Assembly: GCA_046757445.1 (NCBI GenBank)
Contig: JBHHYG010000001.1
Location: 1-46,869, forward strand
From: Acidobacteriota bacterium
GTDB lineage: Bacteria; Acidobacteriota; UBA890
DNA length: 46,869 nucleotides
Direction of reading: 5' to 3'
The notes under the pieces are model-generated. The model worked only from the letters and a program-made list of their open reading frames with translations. It had not been told where the DNA came from and did not search any database. Position numbers and translations under genes: made by a program. Of the stretch, positions 39,966 to 46,869 are shown in pieces; positions within the stretch are counted from its first letter, which is position 1, and every line of letters begins with the position of its first letter.

Positions 39966-41694
39966 CGAGTTCCTCCTCCGTTCCACTCGGAATGTTCTGC
40001 AAGTTCCCGCCTCGCTTGAAGGCGTTTTCGTCGCTGTTCCAGCGGAAGGTCCGCGTTCCCGCGATATTGAAGGAGCACCGCATCCGATCATCGGGATCGA
40101 GTGCCTTCTTGCAGAAGGTGTTGTAGAAGACGCCGACGCTACGGAACTCCTGTATCGCTTGCACGATGGGGCGAAGAATTGGTTCGGAAGCCCCTATGCG
40201 TTCGAGAGCGTCGTCGTTCACAGTCCGTCGCTTGTCCTTCGTTATCTCCTTGACGCCGAGGAGGTCGTAGAAGATGTAGCCCTGCTGTTGCGGACTGCGA
40301 TACCAGGGCACCTTCTTCGGATCAGGAGGATACACGTCGGAGGGAATGAGCTGTTCGAAGCGCGCCGCGTACTGGCCGATCGTCTCTGCAAGTTCGACGG
40401 AGACCTCAGCACGTTTGTCCCTGTCGATGTTGATGCCGCGGAGCATCATACGGAGCACCATCGGGAACTGGCGCATCTGGAACGCGGCCTGTTCCGTCAG
40501 TCCGAGTGTCTTGACGACCTTCTCGAGTTCATAGCTGATTTCCAGCGTGGCTACTACATCCTTACAGTTGTAGGTCCAGTGCTCGTCCTCGGCGCCTTTG
40601 GCCTGCCACTCGTCGTCCTCGCTCTTCCAGTAACGGTGGTAGTGACAGTAGAGGGAACTGAGGTACTCGAGTGGCTTGGGTGTACCGGGCCAGCAGACGT
40701 GGTGCAGGAGCATCGTGTCGATATAGGGTACGAGGAACAAATTCCAGTAGAGGGCGAAGTACTGGGCGTCGTAGAGGAAGTTCTGCCCGACGATCTGGAC
40801 ATTAGGGTGGGAGAGGAGCTTCCGAGCCTTCTGGATTATTGTCCATTCTTCCTCGGGGGACCAATAGCCCCTCGGATCGTTTAGACTCATAAAGGGGATG
40901 CAGATGGCAGAGAAGGCTGTAGCTCCCAGACCTAACGAGTCTATATGGCCTGCGTAAGTCTCGAGGTCCACAGATAGCCGAAGCGGCCCGGACCTCTGAG
41001 CTAACTCGAGGAAGTCGTCGAGCGCCTCCATTACTTCCCCGTATGAGGGCCGAATGGTGAACTTGTAGTATGGTGCCGCCCACTCGTTCCTAAACACCTT
41101 CGGCAGCCGGTTCTGCAGATCGTGCTTGATCGCGTAGGTCCAAGGCCACTGGCGCATCGCGGCGGCGGGGTGGAAGGTAGGCATGAAGGGGAAGCCGCCC
41201 ATGTCCTCGCGGCAGTAGAGTTGCGAACCGCGCCACGCGGTTATCCCCGTAGGGACTTTGCGCCGCTGGTCATCGCCAACGCCGAAGCAATCGTCAGTGA
41301 GCGCCCAAAGAGTGTAATTCCCAAAGCCAATGACCACCTCAGGCTTAACCGCCCCAAGTTGCGCTCGTAGAAGCTCCACACCTTCAACCACATTGGGCTT
41401 CGGATAGAGGCCACGAATACACGCCTTGCCATTTGCTCTCGCCTCCTGCGTAGGGTAGAAGAACTCCCACATATTATTGCGGGGAGGTTGTTCGCTGATC
41501 AAATTCGTGGTGAAGCAATCGTCGCGCTCTATGCCGGACTGCGATAGTAACGAATCACACAGTTCGCCACTTTGACCGACGAGGGGAAGCCTCCGGCGTC
41601 GCTCTTCGGCGCCCCAAGACTCGCCCACTATTGCGATCTTAGCGTCCTGAGGACCGCTGGTGCCGGCGAAGAGGTCAGGCATTCGCCACCCCAT
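39949..41694 (-). CDS. polA: DNA polymerase I family, part I: UDG family-4-like domain + 3'-5' exonuclease + N-terminal polymerase region
   Basis: GESWGAEE...LPLVGQSG...FHPAA (UDG4-like). DLET, QNFLYD and YNCKD (Exo I-III). Ends ...GTRTFRWNS...GGNLQNIPSGTEEELDVPKS-stop. Confidence 0.85.
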   Translation of the reverse strand: MGWRMPDLFAGTSGPQDAKIAIVGESWGAEERRRRLPLVGQSGELCDSLLSQSGIERDDCFTTNLISEQPPRNNMWEFFYPTQEARANGKACIRGLYPKPNVVEGVELLRAQLGAVKPEVVIGFGNYTLWALTDDCFGVGDDQRRKVPTGITAWRGSQLYCREDMGGFPFMPTFHPAAAMRQWPWTYAIKHDLQNRLPKVFRNEWAAPYYKFTIRPSYGEVMEALDDFLELAQRSGPLRLSVDLETYAGHIDSLGLGATAFSAICIPFMSLNDPRGYWSPEEEWTIIQKARKLLSHPNVQIVGQNFLYDAQYFALYWNLFLVPYIDTMLLHHVCWPGTPKPLEYLSSLYCHYHRYWKSEDDEWQAKGAEDEHWTYNCKDVVATLEISYELEKVVKTLGLTEQAAFQMRQFPMVLRMMLRGINIDRDKRAEVSVELAETIGQYAARFEQLIPSDVYPPDPKKVPWYRSPQQQGYIFYDLLGVKEITKDKRRTVNDDALERIGASEPILRPIVQAIQEFRSVGVFYNTFCKKALDPDDRMRCSFNIAGTRTFRWNSDENAFKRGGNLQNIPSGTEEELDVPKS

Positions 41695-42304
41695 ACTCCT
41701 TTCGGAGAACTGCGAGCCTCTTGAAGCGAAAGGGTTTTATTGCGGCGATCGCCACGATGCGAGCATACTGGGCACGATAGCCCCGTTTGTGTTCTACAAC
41801 TCTACCCCAGAGCGCTACCTTGCCGACCGCCTGCGGGGTAGCGGATAGGAGACTTGAGGAGTATGCCCAGGCTTCCTTCGCGTTCTTGAAGGCGTGGACT
41901 CCACGGTTCCCGTGTACGACGCCTTCCACAATTTCTCCTGGAAACCAGGGAAAGTCCACAAACACGCTCGTCAGCGTGGACCCCACGACTCGCCACACCC
42001 GCCAAGCGATGATCTCGCCAACTTCTATGCCGGCGTCTTCGAGGGGCTTCGGCTTGGAGAAGCTACCGGCTTGGAAGGCGCGCGCGACGGCTGCTTGGTA
42101 CTGCGCTTGAATGGCGGCGGCCGCTTGGGCTCCGTAGTCGGTGTTACGGGAGACTTGAGTGGAATGATGAAGCGCTTGCGTAATGGTTCGCCTATGTTCA
42201 TCGAGGTATCCTTTCGAGATGGGGATCATCGCACCAAGCTTGGCGTCCAAGGAGGCCTGGAACTCCTCGGGAGTTGGGAATATAGAGTCCTTGGGGATGG
42301 TCAT
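41675..42304 (-). CDS. Conserved hypothetical phage protein, 209 aa
   Basis: The C-terminal pattern WRVW...GVHAFK...GKVALWGRVVEHKRGYRAQYARI recurs in many phage hypotheticals (from memory). Confidence 0.65.
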   Translation of the reverse strand: MTIPKDSIFPTPEEFQASLDAKLGAMIPISKGYLDEHRRTITQALHHSTQVSRNTDYGAQAAAAIQAQYQAAVARAFQAGSFSKPKPLEDAGIEVGEIIAWRVWRVVGSTLTSVFVDFPWFPGEIVEGVVHGNRGVHAFKNAKEAWAYSSSLLSATPQAVGKVALWGRVVEHKRGYRAQYARIVAIAAIKPFRFKRLAVLRKEYGVANA

Positions 42305-43587
42305 TAACTCTCTCCTTCCAGTGTTATGAGCGCGTGTCGGTACGCACCCTCGTCGAGTTCGATGCCGGTGGCGACTGTGCTCGTCGCCGTCGCGGCGGGA
42401 AAGACCGTGCCGCTGCCACAGCAGGGATCAAGCACCCTATCCCCCGGTACGCAGCTATAGCGCAGTAACTTCTCGTAGAGCCCTGTGGGCTTCTGTGCAG
42501 CGACGACTCGATCCTTAAGATTAGGGACTTCAATCACGTCGGAGTGGAGGCCACTAAGTGGACGTCCGCCTTTCGAGGCAAATAGGATCAGCTCGTAGCT
42601 GCGGCGGAACCCCCTCGTGCCGATGGGGGCGTGGCCGGAAGAACCTTTGCTCCAGACGAGTGGGGTGCGGAAAGGTTCCCAACCGTGGAGCTTCGCACAC
42701 GCCTTCAGGTTCCCGAAGAACCCTATGTCGCAGAATAAATATAAGTGGGCGCGCTTCTTAGTGATTCTATTGCCTTCTTCGAGTATGCAGGTAGCAAGCT
42801 GAAGCGCGCCCGCGGGATCGTCCTTGTAGCGGTGCTCGAGCTTGGCGGCGTCTCCGAACTCGTCGGCACCCATGCCGTAAGGGGGATCGGCGATAACGCA
42901 ATCGAATTGTTCAGGCTTCATCGTGGCGAGTTCGTCGAGCATACTTCCGTGGATGAGGGTGTGGGGAGACTTCGGCCTCAACTTGCCTCGCTTCTTGAGT
43001 TCTGCCTGGAACTCCCCCTCGATCTTCCGGGAGGCGATAGCGAAGGCTTCGCGCTCGTTTCGCGCAGCAGCGATTTCGGGGTCGTCGAGGTGCTGGGCTA
43101 CGACCTTCGCTCGAGAGACCACATGGCCGTGCGTTCCGGGGCTGCCTGTGCTTCCAGCGAGTTCGATGCCGGTGTCGAGGAGGGTCTGCTTGGGGTCTTG
43201 CGCGAGGCGTAGGCTATGGAGTTCGTCGATAGCTCTCGTCCGTTCCTGCCAGGAGAGGTCTTCGCGAATGACATTTTCTTCGAGTTCGGCCTCGCGTAGC
43301 TGGAGGTCGGTTCGGTCGGTGATGAGGATGTAGGGGATTTTACCGGGCTCGATTGTAGTCCCGTCGCAGTCGAAGAGCTTATTCCCCCGCGCGAGGATGC
43401 TGACGGCCTTGAGGCGGCGGTTCCCTGCGACGAGGCACAAGCCCGTGGGCGTTCGGCTGCAGACGATTGGGTGTAGGAGTCCCTTGTCCGCGATGCTTGT
43501 GGCAAGGCGCTGCGTCGCAGCGAGGTCAAAGTGCTTGCGCTGGCGATCTTCGGGGACTGTTATGTCGCCTAGCCGGGCTACGCGCAT
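42304..43587 (-). CDS. ParB-like nuclease domain fused to a DNA methyltransferase (DPPY ... FxGxG order)
   Basis: LLHPIVCSR...LVAGNRRLKA (ParB N-domain), VIADPPYGMG (catalytic motif IV), VLDPCCGSGTV (AdoMet motif I). Confidence 0.85.
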   Translation of the reverse strand: MRVARLGDITVPEDRQRKHFDLAATQRLATSIADKGLLHPIVCSRTPTGLCLVAGNRRLKAVSILARGNKLFDCDGTTIEPGKIPYILITDRTDLQLREAELEENVIREDLSWQERTRAIDELHSLRLAQDPKQTLLDTGIELAGSTGSPGTHGHVVSRAKVVAQHLDDPEIAAARNEREAFAIASRKIEGEFQAELKKRGKLRPKSPHTLIHGSMLDELATMKPEQFDCVIADPPYGMGADEFGDAAKLEHRYKDDPAGALQLATCILEEGNRITKKRAHLYLFCDIGFFGNLKACAKLHGWEPFRTPLVWSKGSSGHAPIGTRGFRRSYELILFASKGGRPLSGLHSDVIEVPNLKDRVVAAQKPTGLYEKLLRYSCVPGDRVLDPCCGSGTVFPAATATSTVATGIELDEGAYRHALITLEGES

Positions 43588-43830
43588 CTCTGCTCCTGGA
43601 AAATCCCGGAGGCCCCCCGTGCCGTGCAGGCGGAGAAGGCAAGAGGCCTCCGGTAGTTTGACAGTGCGATATGCCCAGGAAATTTACTAGCGCCTCTGGG
43701 CCAGGCGCCCCCCTGGGGGCTTGCGCCCCCAACTGGTGGCTGCGGGCCAGCGCCTTGACGGTGTGCAGGTCGCTGAACACCCCTACGAGGTGAGGGCCGA
43801 CGCCACCACGTCGCCGCAGCCATAAACCAG

Positions 43831-44277
43831 CTACGTGGGAAGTTTCGCGTAGCTCTTAATGTCGTTGTAGTCCCCGCTCTTATCGGGCACGACCGCGATG
43901 AGCAGCGGCCCGGCGCCTTCGAGCATCTTGAAGCTCCAAGGCTTGGGGCCGTTCTGTCCGACCGCTTCGCGCAATCGACCGAGCTTGATATTCCGGTTGG
44001 GGCCGAACAGTAGCGCCCCCGTCCTTGGGTCGAGGTCGAGCCAAATCCCGGCGCGGACGGTGATACGTTCCAGGCCAAGCTTGGCTGCGAGTTCCTCGTC
44101 GTGGATAAGACAGGTCACGTCGAGTACAACGCCGTCACCTGCGGCGCGGACGAGCACCGAGTCGATCGTGGCGGTGTAGTTCGCCGTCGGGATGGGAGTG
44201 TATTTGGTCTCGAAAGCACCTTCGACCTCAGTGGCCATGAAGGTGTCAGCGTCGAATGTCGAAACGTCTGGAGGCAT
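43831..44277 (-). CDS. Putative single-stranded DNA-binding protein (DUF669-like)
   Basis: 148 aa, immediately downstream of the Sak4-like ATPase, which is the usual AAA_24 + DUF669 pairing. Sequence pattern is only loosely recognised. Confidence 0.45.
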   Translation of the reverse strand: MPPDVSTFDADTFMATEVEGAFETKYTPIPTANYTATIDSVLVRAAGDGVVLDVTCLIHDEELAAKLGLERITVRAGIWLDLDPRTGALLFGPNRNIKLGRLREAVGQNGPKPWSFKMLEGAGPLLIAVVPDKSGDYNDIKSYAKLPT

Positions 44278-45177
44278 CTAGCCCTCCTCTGAAGTTGGGG
44301 TTGGGACTTCGGCCAATTCATTACGCTTCTTCCATACCTCTACGACCTGGCCGAAGCTTGGATCGAGTTTATCGCGGAGGGGAAGTGCACGAGACTTGAG
44401 TGCGACGTTCGCAGCAACGGTGGACCAATAGAACTTCGAGCCCTCCTTGTACGCGAGCACTACGTCGCTGAATAGGCGCGGGAGCTTCGGAGCGAGCTTG
44501 CGTCCGAGCAGTCCGGCCATAATCAAGGGAACGCCAGTAACGAGGTCTGGCTCCTTCTCAATGTGGGCAGTGATTACAAGGAAGCACCTGAGGTCGCTGC
44601 ACAGCTTCATGAAAAGCTTTTCTTCGGCGTTCATCGCCACGCCCCATTCGCCCTGGTGCGCTGCGGGCTTTGCGCCGAGCATCATATCCAGCGCCATGAC
44701 ATTGACGCCGGAGGTGCTGTCGATCGCCAGGGCACGATCCGGCCCCCAAGCATCGACGGGACCAAGTTCCTCACCTGTACGCTCGTCCTTGAAATTGGCG
44801 AGCGTAGAGAGGAGCTGGTAGAATTGCTTGTAGCCGTGCTTGCTGATGCCGGTCTTAATACCGGAGAGCCCTTCGTAGCTCATCTCGCCGATCTTGAAAG
44901 CCATGTCCTGCAGCACCTCCCAAGAGGGACTCGCCGGGGGGATGTAGTTCCAATGGAGCTTATCCATCGGCAGGTCGCGTTCCCGCATGGCATCGAGGAG
45001 GGACTCCTCGCCGCCGGGGTCAGTGATTATAACGGCAAGTTCCAGGCCGGCCTCTACAAGAGTTGTCAATGCCCAAGTCTTGCCGGCGCCCGGCTCGCCG
45101 AGGAGGAAGGTGCTCGTGCCGCGCAGAGGGACAGGGACAGGGGACTGAAGTTCCTCCATTTCAGCTGCTTCTACCAT
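44278..45177 (-). CDS. Sak4-like (AAA_24) RecA-fold ATPase
   Basis: FLLGEPGAGKTW (Walker A), ALAIDSTS (Walker B-like), VITAHIEKE. Size and neighbours fit a recombination module. Confidence 0.65.
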   Translation of the reverse strand: MVEAAEMEELQSPVPVPLRGTSTFLLGEPGAGKTWALTTLVEAGLELAVIITDPGGEESLLDAMRERDLPMDKLHWNYIPPASPSWEVLQDMAFKIGEMSYEGLSGIKTGISKHGYKQFYQLLSTLANFKDERTGEELGPVDAWGPDRALAIDSTSGVNVMALDMMLGAKPAAHQGEWGVAMNAEEKLFMKLCSDLRCFLVITAHIEKEPDLVTGVPLIMAGLLGRKLAPKLPRLFSDVVLAYKEGSKFYWSTVAANVALKSRALPLRDKLDPSFGQVVEVWKKRNELAEVPTPTSEEG

Positions 45178-45523
45178 CGCAAGATACCTCCTTCAATTCG
45201 TACTCGAGTAGGGCTCGAGGGAGCAGGTCGGGATACGACAGCAGAGTCTCCGGGATGAGAGTACCGTCGCCGTGCTTGGCGCAGGGTCGAGTCACTCCCT
45301 CGAAGCTGTGCTTCAGTTCGGGCTGGAGCGGATTGATCAAGAACCGCAGTCGCCCCCATACTCGCCCACACACGGAGCATACGAAAACTTGGCTACGGAT
45401 GTAACCTTCAGCTGTAGTGAACTCGAAGTCTCCAAGCCAAAACTCCTGCCCCTGCTCATCGACGAGGGCGAAGTTGAGGACGTGGATACGGTCCTCTGCG
45501 GGGACGCTATGCGCTTGGGGCAT
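45161..45523 (-). CDS. Hypothetical protein, 120 aa (CxxC ... C..H)
   Basis: Contains VCSVCGRVW...RPCAKHGDG. Overlaps both neighbours. Confidence 0.55.
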   Translation of the reverse strand: MPQAHSVPAEDRIHVLNFALVDEQGQEFWLGDFEFTTAEGYIRSQVFVCSVCGRVWGRLRFLINPLQPELKHSFEGVTRPCAKHGDGTLIPETLLSYPDLLPRALLEYELKEVSCDGRSS

Positions 45524-46457
45524 CTAGGGGGGTGTTCCTTCTCGAAGGGTCTTTCTCTAAGGGGTTCCAGTAGCGGGTTGCGTAGTCTCCGATGAACAAC
45601 TCGGGTTCCTCCTGTACGCAGATAGGCAGCATCACGCAACCACCGTAGCTGTTGCAGGAGTCGCCGTAGCTGTAGCCCCAATCGCCGGTCTCCCAGCACT
45701 CGACCATCTTGCGGATTTTGCGGTTCGTCTGCTCCCACCAGCGCTCAATTTGCCACTGAGCGATTTGGACTATGGCCGGGATGTGCTTGTACTGGGTTTT
45801 TTGGATCACGACGAGGCGGCAAAGCACATTAGAGAACGGGAGCCCGTGCTGCTGTACTCCCCAGATGTAGCCGATGAACTGGCCACGCATATGAAGTTGC
45901 TCAGCCCATCCGGCGGAGGGCGTATTCTTGGTGGTCTTCTCATCGACGACGACAGGGAGATCCTCATAGTAGCCTAGCATGTCGAGGCGCCCGCCGTAGA
46001 GGACTGGATTGCCCGTTTGGGGATGCTTCACTTCGGTCGGTAGGGCGAAGGTGAACTCGATTGCGGGCTTGCCATTCGCCATCATATAGGGTCGCAAGGA
46101 GTCCATACGCGGATCGTACTCGCGATAGTAGTCGAGAAGCGCGCAGGCGACGGTCGGGAAGTCCTTGGCGCTTTTACTATTCGGGGGCGGCTCGAAGTCG
46201 CCCCAGTAGATCGACAAGGCGCGGATACCGTCGAGTAGAGAAGCTTCAAGGGACTTTTGCTGTTCCCATAGGGCTTTGCGCGTGCCCTCTATCCCGGCGG
46301 CGAAGGCGCCCCCAGCGTGGAGATCCTGCGAGATCTCGCTCTTTGCGAGATGGTGGACGTACTCGTTCAGGCAGCGCTGCTCACAGGCGTCGAACGTGAC
46401 GAGGATGGTGGAGTCCACCACCTCGGGGAAGTCATAAGGCTGGCCTTTTAGGGGCAT
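45507..46457 (-). CDS. Cas4/RecB-like PD-(D/E)xK exonuclease with Cys cluster
   Basis: GGRLDML, VVVDEKT and QFIGY motifs. One N-terminal Cys region (FDACEQRC) plus the C-terminal CNSYGGCVMLPIC. Confidence 0.65.
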   Translation of the reverse strand: MPLKGQPYDFPEVVDSTILVTFDACEQRCLNEYVHHLAKSEISQDLHAGGAFAAGIEGTRKALWEQQKSLEASLLDGIRALSIYWGDFEPPPNSKSAKDFPTVACALLDYYREYDPRMDSLRPYMMANGKPAIEFTFALPTEVKHPQTGNPVLYGGRLDMLGYYEDLPVVVDEKTTKNTPSAGWAEQLHMRGQFIGYIWGVQQHGLPFSNVLCRLVVIQKTQYKHIPAIVQIAQWQIERWWEQTNRKIRKMVECWETGDWGYSYGDSCNSYGGCVMLPICVQEEPELFIGDYATRYWNPLEKDPSRRNTPLDAPSA

Positions 46458-46740
46458 TGAGGGCTCCTTTCGGGTAGAAGATGCAGAGTTTCTTCCCCCT
46501 CACTCTCATACGGGCGAGGGGTGCGGTGAGGAGTATGTCGTGGAGTCGATCGTCGCGCATTACTGCTGCGGCGTTGAGTTCATTCACGAGAGCGGCGCGG
46601 AAGGCGTAGAGCCTATCGCGCAGGCTTCTAGCTCGCCCCGCTGAAGCGAGTTCAATTTCCACACGGCCCTTCCACGCTCGGCGGAAAAGCTCCGCATACT
46701 CGGCAGGGTAGTTGTTAAGGTTGCGTGGTGTCGGCACCAT
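46432..46740 (-). CDS. Hypothetical protein, 102 aa, related to the N-terminal module of 861..1247
   Basis: Start set at ATG 46740 with a GAGGAG SD. The track ORF (GTG at 46824) runs across a better small ORF. Confidence 0.5.
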   Translation of the reverse strand: MVPTPRNLNNYPAEYAELFRRAWKGRVEIELASAGRARSLRDRLYAFRAALVNELNAAAVMRDDRLHDILLTAPLARMRVRGKKLCIFYPKGALNAPKRPAL

Positions 46741-46748
46741 AGGGCTCC

Positions 46749-46826
46749 TCAGTGGTCGCCGATGGCGACGGCGAAAAGTAGCACTATGACGAGCAACATC
46801 ACCCAGCTCGGGTCGATCCCCCACAT
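46749..46826 (-). CDS. Possible 25-aa hydrophobic micro-ORF spanning the contig junction
   Basis: MWGIDPSWVMLLVIVLLFAVAIGDH. Its ATG lies in the same GAATTTTGATG junction that starts the gene at 6121. Confidence 0.25.
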   Translation of the reverse strand: MWGIDPSWVMLLVIVLLFAVAIGDH

Positions 46827-46869
46827 CAAAATTCGCTCAGCGCCGTCGGCACGACGGGGGCTTTCTTTT
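46815..46869. repeat. Second copy of the 55-bp terminal overlap
   Basis: Exact identity to 1..55. Confidence 0.9.

Noticed and set aside
39649-40884. 411-aa plus-strand ORF antisense to polA part I
   Set aside because: The minus-strand frame carries unambiguous polymerase and exonuclease motifs. The plus-strand frame has none.

Overview
The window appears to be one complete, GC-rich, tailed-phage genome. The first 55 nt are repeated exactly as the last 55 nt, so the contig closes on itself with a unique length of 46,814 bp. I saw no integrase, CI-like repressor, phage RNA polymerase, tRNA or CRISPR array, which suggests a virulent, host-RNAP-dependent, podovirus-like phage.

The genome has two arms.

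(1) The minus-strand early and replication arm starts at sigma70-like promoters near 8.9 kb and 7.3 kb. It runs leftward through about 26 small, mostly unknown ORFs (7200 down to 12), crosses the contig junction, and continues from 46826 down to 36729. This arm encodes:
- a Cas4-like nuclease, a Sak4-like ATPase and a DUF669-like SSB
- a ParB-DNA methyltransferase fusion
- a family-A DNA polymerase with a UDG-like N-terminus, split into two ORFs by an inserted gene
- a DUF1937 protein, a DUF3987-like P-loop protein and a MazG-like protein

(2) The plus-strand late arm (9406..36725) is almost entirely translationally coupled through ATGA and TGATG junctions. It encodes:
- a small terminase candidate, a PD-(D/E)xK nuclease, the large terminase and the portal
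- a Pro/Glu-rich scaffold and the major capsid protein
- unknown virion proteins, including a tandem-repeat protein
- a tail fibre and a lysis cassette with an M15 endolysin
- a block of low-complexity proteins followed by a 1986-aa HExxH-containing giant protein, which I interpret as an ejection module

The two arms diverge at 8738..9405 and converge at about 36725.

The most interesting non-standard signals are:
- a 670-bp non-coding control region (7201..7870) with repeated promoter-like elements, G-runs and an AT-rich island
- a promoter family with a conserved spacer
- long palindromes built on GGTTGAC/GTCAACC in two intra-operon gaps
- the interrupted polA gene
- the repeat protein at 19839..20996
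- early proteins that end in SSB-like (DEIPF) or LSEF tails
- duplicated and fused early gene modules

All functional calls come from motif recognition by eye. No database search was run.
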